Below, piece after piece: positions 30,324 through 40,667 of a stretch of DNA of 64,000 nucleotides. A program made the translations under genes and the position numbers. Positions within the stretch are counted from its first letter, which is position 1; each line of letters begins with the position of its first letter. Where the stretch lies: positions 5,836 to 69,835 of the forward strand of contig CAYMXS010000006.1 in the NCBI GenBank assembly GCA_964394465.1, written 5' to 3'. The notes under the pieces were generated by a model, which made no database searches, was not told the origin of the DNA, and worked only from the letters and a program-made list of their open reading frames with translations. This DNA is from an uncultured Thermoplasmata archaeon (GTDB taxonomy: Archaea > Thermoplasmatota > Thermoplasmata > Halarchaeoplasmatales > Halarchaeoplasmataceae).

Positions 30324-30626
30324 TCATCTCGTCTCTACAGGGAAACCCTTCTCTTCAAGGTATTTTTTAACCTTCTCGATATGACTACCCTGAAGTTCGA
30401 TTCGACCGTTCTTAGTGGTTCCACCGGCCGCACATTTGGTCTTCAGCTCCGTGGCCAGCTCGTCGATATCTATGTCACTGGTGTCTATACCTTCTACTAT
30501 AGTAACTTTCTTACCGTACCTTCTAGAGTCAGTGTAGAGTTCGACCTCCTGTTGCTCTCTGGCTATGTCTTCGCAGATGCAGAGTTCTTTAGGCAGCCCA
30601 CAAGTTGGACAAACTTCTTCCGACAT
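30324..30626 (-). CDS. sui1: Translation initiation factor aIF1 (SUI1)
   Basis: [28 protein letters not shown]. Confidence 0.95.
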   Translation of the reverse strand: MSEEVCPTCGLPKELCICEDIAREQQEVELYTDSRRYGKKVTIVEGIDTSDIDIDELATELKTKCAAGGTTKNGRIELQGSHIEKVKKYLEEKGFPVETR

Positions 30627-30847
30627 TACTCTCCTCCTTTTGAGTTCTTATCTTCCATTTCGTTCATGATCGTGAGAATCCTAGCGATATTACTCTTGAT
30701 GGCCCTGATCCTCCCTGGGCTCTCAGGTGCACCGCCCATGGCAGCAACCCCCTTCTCGTGCAGCAGTTCGTCTCTCAGTTCCTCCAGTTTGTCTTTTCTC
30801 TCTTCAGGCTCCATATCCCTTATCTCATCCGGTTTCAACTGTGGCAT
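30626..30847 (-). CDS. rpl29: 50S ribosomal protein uL29
   Basis: [16 protein letters not shown]. Confidence 0.95.
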   Translation of the reverse strand: MPQLKPDEIRDMEPEERKDKLEELRDELLHEKGVAAMGGAPESPGRIRAIKSNIARILTIMNEMEDKNSKGGE

Positions 30848-30848
30848 C

Positions 30849-31688
30849 TCAATTCACCTCTTCATCGTCTGTTTCTTCTTCCTCTGTTTCTTCACTTTCA
30901 GCTTCTTCAGTTTCTTCGGTTTCATTCTCTTCGGATTCATCTGTTCCTGCACTCTCTTCTTCAGTTTCTTTCTCTTCATCTTCTTCTAGCTCTTCCGCTT
31001 CCTCGGTTTCTTCCTCGGCTTCTTCTTCGGCTTCCTCTTCCCCCTCTTCGGGTTCTTCTACTTGCTCTTCTTCCTCCTCTTCTGCCTCGGTTACGGGTGA
31101 TTTTATCTCTATCTCATCGGGCAGTGTGGCGTTGGGATCCATGATCTGGACCGTGACTCCGATGACACCTAGCTTGACCTTAGCTGCGGCGAAGCCTTCC
31201 TTCATCCATTTCTTCCTCTCCTCCCCGCAGTACTTGATATGTCCTTCTTTGAACTTCTCGACACGGTGTCTCGGACCAGTTAACTTTCCTGAAAGGATGA
31301 TCTGGCATCCTCTCGCCCCAGAATCCATTATCTTTCTGACCGTGGAGTGGCCGGCTCTTCTGAAGTACCAACCTCTCTCCAGCGAAGAAGCTAGCTTCTC
31401 AGCCATTATCTGGGCGTTGAGTTCCGGTACATTAACCTCTTGAACCTCTATCTGTGGATTATCAAAATCAAACTTCTCCTTGACCTCGTCTGTGAGTTGC
31501 CTAATATTCTTACCCTTACGACCTATGACCAAGGCGGGTCTTTCTGCATAAAGAGTGATCCTGGTTCCCATCGGCGTCCTAGATATATCTGCTCCACCGA
31601 AGCCTGCTCTATCGGTTGCTTCCTGAAGGAACTCCTTCAAGAGGACGCGTTCCATCTTCTGTGATACGAATTTCCTTTCCCTAGCCAA
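30849..31688 (-). CDS. rps3: 30S ribosomal protein uS3 with an acidic C-terminal tail
   Basis: KH domain VIGRKGKNI, LERGWYFRRAG; TTG start. Confidence 0.97.
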   Translation of the reverse strand: MARERKFVSQKMERVLLKEFLQEATDRAGFGGADISRTPMGTRITLYAERPALVIGRKGKNIRQLTDEVKEKFDFDNPQIEVQEVNVPELNAQIMAEKLASSLERGWYFRRAGHSTVRKIMDSGARGCQIILSGKLTGPRHRVEKFKEGHIKYCGEERKKWMKEGFAAAKVKLGVIGVTVQIMDPNATLPDEIEIKSPVTEAEEEEEEQVEEPEEGEEEAEEEAEEETEEAEELEEDEEKETEEESAGTDESEENETEETEEAESEETEEEETDDEEVN

Positions 31689-31690
31689 TG

Positions 31691-32137
31691 TTATTCCTCC
31701 ATTTCTTTCAATATAATCTCAATGTTCGTAGTCTTCCTATCGAACGGCGAACTCCTACCGTATGCCCGTGGTCTAAAGCCTTCAATAGGGCTGCCCTCTG
31801 AAGCTGATATTGCTATGATCTTCATCTCATCAGATTCCAGACCCTTACTCTCAGCATTAGCTTGACATTCCTCTATAAGGGATCTGATCTTCTCCGCAGC
31901 CTTCTTAGGATAGCCGCCGGAGCCAACACCTTTATTGTGCGATACACCCTTGTTGTGCTTTCTATAGGGCACCGCTCTTTTACCCTCTATAACTTCAGTC
32001 AGTATATTCTTAGCTGTCTCAGTATCCTTGCCCCTCAGCAGATTGCAGATCTCGACCGATTTCTTCGGTGACATCTGAAGTTCCTTACCGAAGGCCTTGG
32101 CGGTTGTCTCAGGGTCTGGATCCATTGTATATCCCAT
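31691..32137 (-). CDS. rpl22: 50S ribosomal protein uL22
   Basis: GGYPKKAA, PRAYGRSSP. Confidence 0.96.
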   Translation of the reverse strand: MGYTMDPDPETTAKAFGKELQMSPKKSVEICNLLRGKDTETAKNILTEVIEGKRAVPYRKHNKGVSHNKGVGSGGYPKKAAEKIRSLIEECQANAESKGLESDEMKIIAISASEGSPIEGFRPRAYGRSSPFDRKTTNIEIILKEMEE

Positions 32138-32148
32138 TTCTTTTCACC

Positions 32149-32556
32149 TCACTTGAGTGGTATGTACTTGGACGATCTGGTCGCGCCGATACCCGGACCG
32201 GAATGTTCCACAGACTTCCGGGTAAGGGCGAATTCCCCCAGGTAGTGTCCGATCATCTCCGGTTCTATCGTTACCGTTTCAAATTCCTCCCCGTTGTGGA
32301 TAGCGATCTTTTCCCCCACGAACTCGGGAAGTATTATCATCTCTCTCCGATGAGTCCTATAGACTGGTTTGTCCGTCTTCTCTAGCTTCTCCAGGAATCT
32401 CTTTTCCTCTTCGTTCAAGCCCCTCTCCAGGCTCCTCCTAGCCCTGGCGGGTAGCACTCTCTTCAGCTCGTCTAGTGACATCGATTTTAACTCATCAAGG
32501 GTGTGACCACGATAGGTGAATTCACGCTTGTCACGTTTCTTCATCTTGTCGACCAT
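32149..32556 (-). CDS. rps19: 30S ribosomal protein uS19
   Basis: [26 protein letters not shown]. Confidence 0.97.
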   Translation of the reverse strand: MVDKMKKRDKREFTYRGHTLDELKSMSLDELKRVLPARARRSLERGLNEEEKRFLEKLEKTDKPVYRTHRREMIILPEFVGEKIAIHNGEEFETVTIEPEMIGHYLGEFALTRKSVEHSGPGIGATRSSKYIPLK

Positions 32557-32558
32557 AT

Positions 32559-33281
32559 CTATTTACCTCCTTCTTTGGATTCTTTATCTTTCTTCTTGGA
32601 TGATAAACGTCCAACCTTCCTACCGGCCGGAGTGTTTGAACCAACCGTCGAGGGCACACCGACATGCTGATGGTCTCCTCCTCCATGAGGATGGTCAACA
32701 GCGTTCATGGCTATACCACGGACCTTCTTGGGCCTCTTAGCTCTGCTCTGGAATGTGTGCACTCTCTTCCCTATCTTCGTGAACGGCTTGTCCGTATGAC
32801 CTCCACCAGCTACTACTCCGATGGTCGCTCTACACCTATTGTCAACCTCTTTGACCTCATCAGAGGGCAATCTAAGATTTGTAAAATCTCTCTCTTGTGA
32901 TACTACGATGGCGTATGTCCCGGCGGCTTTGACCAGTTTTCCTCCGTCTAAAGGTTCAATCTCTATATTGTAAACGTAGGTACCAACGGGTATATGCCCT
33001 AGTGGAAGAACATTACCTTTCTCAACACTAGCCTCAGGTCCTATCTCTATCTTTCCACCTTCCCAGAGTCCGTGATTCGCTAAAAGAAAATTGGTCTCCC
33101 CGTTCTCAAACTCGACTTCAGCTAGAGGGGCTGTCCGACCAGGGGCATGATGGAGTTCTACGACCGTACCCGTTGTCTCCTGAGTTTTAGGATAACCTGG
33201 TTGAGCTAGATGCCTATGACTTGGTGATTGATACGTTGATGAGCCCTTTCCTCTTCTTTGAGCTATGATCCTTCTTCCCAT
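32559..33281 (-). CDS. rpl2: 50S ribosomal protein uL2
   Basis: [18 protein letters not shown]. Confidence 0.97.
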   Translation of the reverse strand: MGRRIIAQRRGKGSSTYQSPSHRHLAQPGYPKTQETTGTVVELHHAPGRTAPLAEVEFENGETNFLLANHGLWEGGKIEIGPEASVEKGNVLPLGHIPVGTYVYNIEIEPLDGGKLVKAAGTYAIVVSQERDFTNLRLPSDEVKEVDNRCRATIGVVAGGGHTDKPFTKIGKRVHTFQSRAKRPKKVRGIAMNAVDHPHGGGDHQHVGVPSTVGSNTPAGRKVGRLSSKKKDKESKEGGK

Positions 33282-33290
33282 TATACCACC

Positions 33291-33560
33291 TTAGAACACT
33301 CCTATTCTCATTCCGATCTCTTCGGCAGAGTACTCGTCCGTGAATTTTACTATGGCTCTCTTGCCGTTCTTATCTATCCGGGTGTTAACTTTCTCGGCCT
33401 CTGCTTCGAACAGTTCACTCACGGCTTCCTTTATCTGAGTTTTGTTAGCGTCCATATCAACTATGAACTCCAACTTGTTCTCGTCTTCCATCTCCATCAT
33501 GGTCTTCTCGCTCACATAAGGATGCAGTATTATCTTGTGGGGTGAATCATACTCCGTCAT
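33291..33560 (-). CDS. rpl23: 50S ribosomal protein uL23
   Basis: PYVSEK, NKLEFIVD. Confidence 0.95.
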   Translation of the reverse strand: MTEYDSPHKIILHPYVSEKTMMEMEDENKLEFIVDMDANKTQIKEAVSELFEAEAEKVNTRIDKNGKRAIVKFTDEYSAEEIGMRIGVF

Positions 33561-34324
33561 GTGTTCCACCTCTTCATCTGATTGAGGGCTTTAACACTGA
33601 ATATCGTCAAGCGTCCTAGATGACCACCTGGAGCTAGGTCTTCAACCGTAAGTGACTCGGGATGTTTTACCGTTACTCCTTCTAGATTCTCGAAGGCCCT
33701 TCTTCCTGTAGAGCCCTGTGGGAGCACGACCAAAACACTTACTGGAGTCCTGTACTTTCTGCCCCTGCTCTTTCCCTTACCGGCTCTTACGTTCTTGCCC
33801 TTCTCTGCACGCTCAACGTCCTCATAGATGCCTAAGGAGTCAAGAAGTTCTATCGCCTCCTTCGTCTTCTCTAGATCCTCGATGCCGCTTTCCACAACAA
33901 CGGGGTAAGTCAAGGAATCGTTATCTATCTCGTGTCCTCTTTTCTTCACGAGTTTTTCCGCCGAGAGGGCGGCGAGTGCCGAACGTCTCGCCTTGGTCAT
34001 CTCCTTCTTGTTTATCTTCTTTGAGTAGTCCTTCTCTGACTTCGGAGGATGTGCCTGCCTACCACCAACGGTTTGAGGAACGACCGCGGCATCGTTACCA
34101 TCTTTCAGACGTTGAACTCTAGCTCGTCCTTCCCCTCGTCCTCTTACTTCTGTAGAGTGTTCCATACCAGCTTTGGGCTTGGTTCCGTAACGCTGTCTCC
34201 TGTTGGCTTGTACGGCCTCTACGGCCCTTCTGATTATATCGGGGCGTATCTCCTCTTCGAACGCTTCAGGCAGTTCTACCTCGCCTTTCGAATCTCCTTC
34301 CAGATCAAATATATCTCTCTTCAT
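33557..34324 (-). CDS. rpl4: 50S ribosomal protein uL4
   Basis: GGRQAHPPK, RAGKGKSRGRKY, LAPGGHLGRL. Confidence 0.96.
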   Translation of the reverse strand: MKRDIFDLEGDSKGEVELPEAFEEEIRPDIIRRAVEAVQANRRQRYGTKPKAGMEHSTEVRGRGEGRARVQRLKDGNDAAVVPQTVGGRQAHPPKSEKDYSKKINKKEMTKARRSALAALSAEKLVKKRGHEIDNDSLTYPVVVESGIEDLEKTKEAIELLDSLGIYEDVERAEKGKNVRAGKGKSRGRKYRTPVSVLVVLPQGSTGRRAFENLEGVTVKHPESLTVEDLAPGGHLGRLTIFSVKALNQMKRWNT

Positions 34325-34326
34325 CT

Positions 34327-35328
34327 CTAGGCCCCCTGATTAGATTCGGTTGATATATGTGTCAAGGTCGGTTCTTCGACCTCCTCTACCGTCGATCGTA
34401 TCGGGTCTCTCATGACTACCATCCTTTTGCTCGGGCCCGGTATGGAGCCGTGGAGCAGAACGTAATCGTTTTCAACCTCACCGTAATTTATGAAGCCCCC
34501 GTCTGGGGTTATCTCTTCTCCGTCGTCGCCCTCTTTTAGAACCCTTTTATTGAACTCCGTTCTCTGATGGAATCCTGTCTGACCAGCCTGAGGGACCGAG
34601 GGTCTGATATAACCAGGTACGAACACTCCAGTGGTACCGACGTTTCTGATCGACTTGCTGTTCTTATGACGTAGTAGTTTTACACCCCATCTCTTTACAT
34701 GACCCTGGAACCCCTTACCTTTCGTTATCCCGGAAACGTCGACCATGCTCCCAGGATTAGAGAACTCTTCAAAGGATGTTTCTTCCTTCTCCAACAGTTC
34801 CTCCCCCTTATCTATCCTCTCGGCGATCGTTCCACCACCTATCCTGAGTTCTATTATCTCGGGAGTCTTTGAATGAATACCAGAAACAAGTTGAGGTTGA
34901 GTATGGATTATGGTCCTTACCTCGTCGGCCAGATCTGTATCTATCCTCTCCCACATCTTATCCGTGTCCATGTTCTTCGGTATGGGCAGTTTCTTCTCTA
35001 GATTTTCATCAATCCTCGATGCCCAGACCTCGCCCATGGTCTGAAGTCCCCTATGGGTCTTCTCATAGAAGCGCAGCCCACAGACCCTTATATTCGGTAC
35101 TTCTACGACGGTTGCGGGCACCCTCACTTCCTGACCAGATGTAGTACTATTCTCTCTATAATCTATAACGAAGGCATGGGTCATGCCGGCCTTGTAGCCT
35201 GTAAAGCCCTGAATCTTCGGACCTTCGTCTATCTCTGGCCATGAACGAATCTTTGGCTTCATGCTTTCTGCGCGCTTGCGGGGCGAGAACCCCATCGATC
35301 CTCTTCGTGGATGATGCGTATCGACCAT
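34327..35328 (-). CDS. rpl3: 50S ribosomal protein uL3
   Basis: PRRGSMGFSPRKRA, GYKAGMTH, TKGKGFQG. Confidence 0.97.
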   Translation of the reverse strand: MVDTHHPRRGSMGFSPRKRAESMKPKIRSWPEIDEGPKIQGFTGYKAGMTHAFVIDYRENSTTSGQEVRVPATVVEVPNIRVCGLRFYEKTHRGLQTMGEVWASRIDENLEKKLPIPKNMDTDKMWERIDTDLADEVRTIIHTQPQLVSGIHSKTPEIIELRIGGGTIAERIDKGEELLEKEETSFEEFSNPGSMVDVSGITKGKGFQGHVKRWGVKLLRHKNSKSIRNVGTTGVFVPGYIRPSVPQAGQTGFHQRTEFNKRVLKEGDDGEEITPDGGFINYGEVENDYVLLHGSIPGPSKRMVVMRDPIRSTVEEVEEPTLTHISTESNQGA

Positions 35329-35486
35329 TAGTAACACCTCAAATCTATTTAGAAGCGTGAAACTATAGATTAAACTCTATAGACTGAACTCCGCACTCAG
35401 ACGGAGAAGCCACGCTTCTTATCCATTGACCGTGACGTGTATTCAGGCTTGACGCCCCACGTCTGGTCAATAGACCATTAGGTAAT

Positions 35487-35515
35487 CCGGTATCTACCGG
35501 GGCCTATTATTTAAA
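35487..35515 (-). promoter_or_regulatory. Putative promoter of the rpl3 operon with an adjacent palindrome
   Basis: TTTAAATA on the - strand at 35508-35515; CCGGTA-TC-TACCGG at 35487-35500. Confidence 0.5.
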
Positions 35516-35607
35516 TGTAACGCCGAGGTCTCCTGGATTGCCGGAAAAGACCTTGCGTGCTAGCACAAGGAGAAATAATATTATCTACATTTTGAATCAT
35601 CCAGCAA

Positions 35608-36186
35608 ATGAAAGAAGCGATAAAAGTACTACGGGACCACGAGGACATAAAACTTTGCATGGAAGACACTAGGAACGAGATACTTTCCCTGCTTATGGTC
35701 AACGACATGTGCATACCAAAGATGGCAGAGGCCCTAGACAAGGACCACTCCACCATTTACAGGCACGTGAAGAAGCTGGAAGATGCGGGCCTGGTGGAGG
35801 TCTGCGATGAGGGTAAACATCATCACAAGCCCACCAGCATATATAGGCGGACAGCTGACATATTCCTGTTGGCCCCCGGCTATTCGGATTCTACAGGTTT
35901 CTCACTGCACGAGGACCTCAGAAAGGAGAGGATAGAGGAAAGTTTAGATCTCCTGGTCGAATCGGGGTGGATGGATGATATACCCCCTAACATGACGGAT
36001 ATCCTGACCGATTTCTTCTCGAGATTGGACGAAAGAGTAGCATCGGTGTTAGAAAAGAGTGGAGGAGAAACTGGGCTGGACCTGTACAAACTCCATATAA
36101 TAGAGATGATCCTTTTCCTAGGCGAACTAGAGCAGGAGACGGCGTTGAGTGAAAAGGGCAAGACGGCAGCTTCACGCTTGGTCTAG
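35608..36186 (+). CDS. ArsR-like winged-helix transcriptional regulator
   Basis: TRNEILSLL..MAEALDKDHSTIYRHVKKLEDAGLV..YRRTA. Confidence 0.85.
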   Translation: MKEAIKVLRDHEDIKLCMEDTRNEILSLLMVNDMCIPKMAEALDKDHSTIYRHVKKLEDAGLVEVCDEGKHHHKPTSIYRRTADIFLLAPGYSDSTGFSLHEDLRKERIEESLDLLVESGWMDDIPPNMTDILTDFFSRLDERVASVLEKSGGETGLDLYKLHIIEMILFLGELEQETALSEKGKTAASRLV

Positions 36187-36278
36187 AGATACGGTAAAAC
36201 GGCGAAAATAATTAAAGGTAGGTTTGATATTGAGTCTATAAATTAAGTTATCATCCAAGTTTCTATGGTGAGATAAGC

Positions 36279-36869
36279 ATGAACGAAAGAAACCGAGATA
36301 GGGTAATGTATCAAAAAGAGCTCAAGAGTTACAACGAGATCTGGACTAATGCTAGACAGGAGATCAAAAACACGTTCAATCTGGTGGGAAACGGCAAGGC
36401 GGTGGTGATCGGAGACCAAAACACAAAACTCGAGCTGACCGAGGACCAACTGCTCTATAGGCCTCCATTGAGAAGCGTATTCGACATGCAGCAGAGTCTG
36501 GATATATCTAGAAGGATACTACAGAATGCGCGAAACGTGATCAAAAACTCACTGAGGGAACTCAAACTGATCTCGCTAAACTTGAAAACGATAGAGGAGC
36601 AGGGTAAGGCCGTCTACAGAGGCAAGATGGGCCAGTTTGCGAACCGTCTGGACTTCATAAAGGAGTTCATCGAGACACTCAGGGATGCAGAAGGAGCACT
36701 CGACGGGATCATAGACACATTGGACAACCCACCCCAGCAGGGGAACAGGAACCTTAAGAAAAACTTCGAGGTACTCAGGAGACTCGCCCAGATGGCCGAA
36801 GGAGTAAGCGATAGAAAGATAACCGAGGAGCCCATCGAGGTCGACATCCAGTACACTATAAACATATGA
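36279..36869 (+). CDS. Hypothetical helical protein
   Basis: 196-aa ORF, TATA-like element upstream, no recognisable motif. Confidence 0.7.
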   Translation: MNERNRDRVMYQKELKSYNEIWTNARQEIKNTFNLVGNGKAVVIGDQNTKLELTEDQLLYRPPLRSVFDMQQSLDISRRILQNARNVIKNSLRELKLISLNLKTIEEQGKAVYRGKMGQFANRLDFIKEFIETLRDAEGALDGIIDTLDNPPQQGNRNLKKNFEVLRRLAQMAEGVSDRKITEEPIEVDIQYTINI

Positions 36870-36974
36870 ACTCATCCTAAGAAGATGGTCGATTCCCGGA
36901 AGGATTTCGCCACATGATATCAGTGTTAGTTTTAAATAGCATAACCTTTAGAAAGGAGCCGGTCTCCGAGTAAG

Positions 36975-38366
36975 ATGAAAGGCTCCAGCATCGAGGAAAG
37001 AAGGGAAGAGATCCTGAGCGGTCCTATAATAAAGACCATTCTGACTTTAGCCTGGCCAGTCGTGATATCTAGTTCTCTGCATACACTCTACAACCTCACG
37101 GACACCTTCTGGCTTGGCAAGGTGAGTGCGAACGCCTTGGCGGCTCCCGGGGCGGCCTGGCCCGTTATATTCTTGTTCCTCGCTATAGGTATGGGGTTGT
37201 CAACTGCGGGCGTTTCTCTGGTCTCCCAGCATACTGGAGCGGGAGGAGAAGACAAGGCAAACGAAGCGGCCGGGCAGGTCTTCGGGTTTGTCCTTTTGGT
37301 GGGACTAGCTTCCCTCTTTTTGGGCTTCTTCGGAAGCGAGTTCATCATGAAAAGGATCGTGGGTGTTCCGGGGGACGTACTGCCCTTATCGGTAGCTTAT
37401 ATGAAGATTGTCTCTCTGAGTTTTCCCTTCATATTCTCTTATATCGCCTTCCGTTTCCTTCTGAGGGGCACAGGAGACATGAAGACCCCCATGTACATAA
37501 GGGGCATCTCAGTGGTGCTCAACCTCATCCTGGACCCGGTATTGATATTCGGTCTTGGGTCATTACCTTTTCTGGGGGTCGTCGGAGCCGCTGTAGCTAC
37601 AGCGATCTCGAGGTCCGTAGCGTCCATCGTGGGTATCTATCTCCTCTTCAACGGAGAGGTGAACATAAAGCTGAACCTCCGCGCTCTCAAACCGAGATGG
37701 GTCTGGATAAAGAAGATCCTCGATATCGGAGCTCCTGCCACAATCGCTAGGGCCGGGAGCGCTTTGGGTTTTGTTTTTCTACTCGCTATAGTCTCCAGGT
37801 TTGGTGGCGTAGCCGTAGCTGCCTATTCAGTCGGCAGAAGGGTCACGCACCTCATTACGATAGGTATCTGGGGATTTGCTGGTGCGTCCATGACCATGGT
37901 GGGGCAGAACATCGGTGCTGAGCAGAAAGAAAGAGCGGAGACCATCGTCAAAAAGGCGATAGGCGTTTCACTCATGATTATGTTTGTAATAAGCGCTCTG
38001 ATGTTCTTCTTCCGTCAGCCCATAATGAGGGCTTTCACCCCCGATCCCGGGGTGATCAGCGAAGGGGCAAGGTTCCTGGCTATATTCTCTTTCTCGATAC
38101 CGTTCTTCGGAATATACAGGATATTCGATTCCACCTTCAGAGGAACTGGACATACGAAACCGGCCATGGCCCTCTCGCTCTTCAGGATATGGGGCCTTCG
38201 ATTACTCCTTGCGTATCTCTTCGCCTTCTCTGTCTTCGGGATCGGACTAAAACTGGGTCTCGGAGGCGTCTGGATCGGGATGGCGTGCAGCAACCTACTC
38301 GTGGCGTTCTTCTCTTTCCTGTATTTCTTGAGCGGCAGATGGAAGGAAAAAACGATAGAGGACTGA
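36975..38366 (+). CDS. MATE family efflux transporter
   Basis: LAWP, YNLTDTFWLG, RGTGDMKTPM, NLILDPVLIFG, GQNIGA. Confidence 0.95.
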   Translation: MKGSSIEERREEILSGPIIKTILTLAWPVVISSSLHTLYNLTDTFWLGKVSANALAAPGAAWPVIFLFLAIGMGLSTAGVSLVSQHTGAGGEDKANEAAGQVFGFVLLVGLASLFLGFFGSEFIMKRIVGVPGDVLPLSVAYMKIVSLSFPFIFSYIAFRFLLRGTGDMKTPMYIRGISVVLNLILDPVLIFGLGSLPFLGVVGAAVATAISRSVASIVGIYLLFNGEVNIKLNLRALKPRWVWIKKILDIGAPATIARAGSALGFVFLLAIVSRFGGVAVAAYSVGRRVTHLITIGIWGFAGASMTMVGQNIGAEQKERAETIVKKAIGVSLMIMFVISALMFFFRQPIMRAFTPDPGVISEGARFLAIFSFSIPFFGIYRIFDSTFRGTGHTKPAMALSLFRIWGLRLLLAYLFAFSVFGIGLKLGLGGVWIGMACSNLLVAFFSFLYFLSGRWKEKTIED

Positions 38367-38368
38367 GT

Positions 38369-38896
38369 TCATCTTCCCTTTTCTCTGTTGAGCCAGATAT
38401 AGATCAGATTAACTAGGAGTGCTGGAACCATGATATCTATAAACCCAAAACCCGGGAGCCCGGGAGTCGCCTGTTCTAACATGTATTCTAAAGAGACCTC
38501 ATCACCTGCTGGAGGAGTAGCCTCCCCCGCATCCGTGTTATCTATCACGAAGTAATACACTTCACCGCTGAGAACACCTTGATACCGGCAGTGATTGACA
38601 CCCTGCCTGCTGGCGTCGGATTTATATCCAAATTCCCTTCCTTTGAGGTAATTTTCGTAGGAGGTCTCAGTCATGATATATACATCAACTTCCTCACTAT
38701 CGGTAACATTGACCTCGTAAGTGACCTTCATCCCGTCTCCAGGCTTTAACTTGGTCTTGGACCATTCACCCTCTTTCAGTTCGATGCTCTTCTCCTTATT
38801 TTCAGTCAAACCGCTGAGGATGACCACGGTCGCGATCATAACCAGAAGTACGATCATGATCCCGATACCGATATAGATGTACTTGGTCTTGATCAT
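38369..38896 (-). CDS. Surface protein with a PGF-CTERM-like tail
   Basis: N-terminal hydrophobic segment; C-terminal PGF, TM and basic residues. Confidence 0.7.
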   Translation of the reverse strand: MIKTKYIYIGIGIMIVLLVMIATVVILSGLTENKEKSIELKEGEWSKTKLKPGDGMKVTYEVNVTDSEEVDVYIMTETSYENYLKGREFGYKSDASRQGVNHCRYQGVLSGEVYYFVIDNTDAGEATPPAGDEVSLEYMLEQATPGLPGFGFIDIMVPALLVNLIYIWLNREKGR

Positions 38897-38965
38897 TGGT
38901 CCATCCGCCTCTACAAACTACAACTAACTATTGATGGTTGTATAATATAAAGCTTATTCTTTATC

Positions 38966-40561
38966 TCATATCTCGATGGGTTCTCCGTACCTTGGGATCT
39001 CGACTTCAATATCGCTTTCCTTCAGTTCTTCTTGAAAAGTTTCTGGACTCTCGGTGTGGACCGGTACCAACTTCTTAGGCTGCACCTTCTCTATCATCTC
39101 TATCAGCTCTGGACCGCTGGCGTGCCCTGATGCGTGGACCTGCAGAGGTTCGTTGTCGTTCTCTTCATTTATCTTGAAATGCCTCAGCCAATTGATCAGC
39201 CTTTCCTCTGTCAGTTCCATCTCCAGGTTGAACGGTTCACTCCTCGCTCTTATGTATATCGAACCTGGCATCTTCCCCATATCTAGAAGCTGATTGATGT
39301 TGTAGAAGTCCAAAAAGACCAAAAATCTCTCGGGATCTTGGGCTATCTCAGGCGCCTTTATCCCGTTTTCACAGTGAGTGAAGTCCTTTTTTTCGGACCA
39401 GTCGGTAAGATAACCTGCTTGATACTTCGCCCGGTTGTAATCCGCTCTGCTGTACATCATGCTGTCCTTCCTGGGAAGGAAGACCTTTACCTTTGGCTCA
39501 TCCTCTGGATCCGGGAAGTCGAAGTTATCCTCTTCAGACAAGCAGTTGGCGGTGTAGGCCGTCTTGGGCGATATGACAAAAATTCTGTCGGTCCTTTTGG
39601 CAGCCTTCAGCATCGTTCTGTATCTCGTCAGATCCTTCCAGGCGAAGCCCACGAAGACCGCGCCCTCGGACCCTTTCTTATTTATGTGCTTCACGGTCTC
39701 TTCCAGGACTTCCTCCTCGCTGTCCCTCTCCTCTTCGTCTATCCTGGTACCTTCACATATCAACAGGTCGATATCTCTTTCAGCAATATCCTCTACGAAG
39801 TTTGACGTGTAATCCGAAGATTCACCGTGGAAGCGCAGGTCTCCAGTGTACGCAATCTTTTCTTTATCCTGTGTCTCTATCAGGTATGCAGAAGCCCCCG
39901 GAACTGAGTGGTCAACCAGGTAGCATTTGACCCTTGATCGCCCGATGGTGGTGACTTCACCGTCCTTCAACGCATCGATTCCCCGCTTTTTATCTTCTTT
40001 ATCCAGCTTTAAAGCGCCAGGGGTGTAACTACGCTCTCCCAGTCTCCTAGGAGAACGTTTTTTTGCTGTGAAGGCCTCCCTGGCTATGCCCTGCAGCCCT
40101 ATATCATCGATGACTTCCATCAAATCCCTGGTGGTCTGAGACGTGTATATTGGTATATCTTCATCCAGTAAACCTATGTAGGCTGAATGGTCTAGATGTG
40201 CATGGGTGAGGAGAAGCGCAGTTACAGCCGGTCTTCCTTCCTTGGAGAGGTACTCATCGTAGCTCTTAAGGTCCGAAGGCCAGAGATGTTCGATATGGCT
40301 CTGATCATCGAACTCTTCTTTCGCAGCTTTAGGCTCTAGAAGGTCCTCTCTGTATATACCGTCTATCTTTGGAACCAGACCGAGACGAAGGTAGTCCTGA
40401 AGTATGCTGTTCGTCCTGGGCCTCAGGAACTCTTCGAAGTACTCGTTCTCCTGACCAAAACTCATGCCGAAATCGAGTATCAGCGTTTCGGTTCCTGAAG
40501 AGAGAAATATCTTGTTACCGCCTATCTCACCCAGTCCTCCATATATGGTTATCTGACTCAT
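38966..40561 (-). CDS. MBL-fold beta-CASP (RNase J-like) hydrolase
   Basis: GEIGGNKI, THAHLDH, VDHS, YTGDLRFHG, HASGH, VPVH. Confidence 0.88.
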   Translation of the reverse strand: MSQITIYGGLGEIGGNKIFLSSGTETLILDFGMSFGQENEYFEEFLRPRTNSILQDYLRLGLVPKIDGIYREDLLEPKAAKEEFDDQSHIEHLWPSDLKSYDEYLSKEGRPAVTALLLTHAHLDHSAYIGLLDEDIPIYTSQTTRDLMEVIDDIGLQGIAREAFTAKKRSPRRLGERSYTPGALKLDKEDKKRGIDALKDGEVTTIGRSRVKCYLVDHSVPGASAYLIETQDKEKIAYTGDLRFHGESSDYTSNFVEDIAERDIDLLICEGTRIDEEERDSEEEVLEETVKHINKKGSEGAVFVGFAWKDLTRYRTMLKAAKRTDRIFVISPKTAYTANCLSEEDNFDFPDPEDEPKVKVFLPRKDSMMYSRADYNRAKYQAGYLTDWSEKKDFTHCENGIKAPEIAQDPERFLVFLDFYNINQLLDMGKMPGSIYIRARSEPFNLEMELTEERLINWLRHFKINEENDNEPLQVHASGHASGPELIEMIEKVQPKKLVPVHTESPETFQEELKESDIEVEIPRYGEPIEI

Positions 40562-40667
40562 CTTGGGCCTCTTTTTGTTTATCGGTTCCACATATTTATT
40601 TTTGATGAGTCGGCTCTCTCAGTAAGCCATATAAGCAGGGAGGTGGATTGTTATGATGATATAAGGT

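Noticed and set aside
30294..31443. Long Ser/Phe-rich + strand ORFs
   Set aside because: Antisense shadows of the Glu-rich uS3 tail and neighbouring genes.
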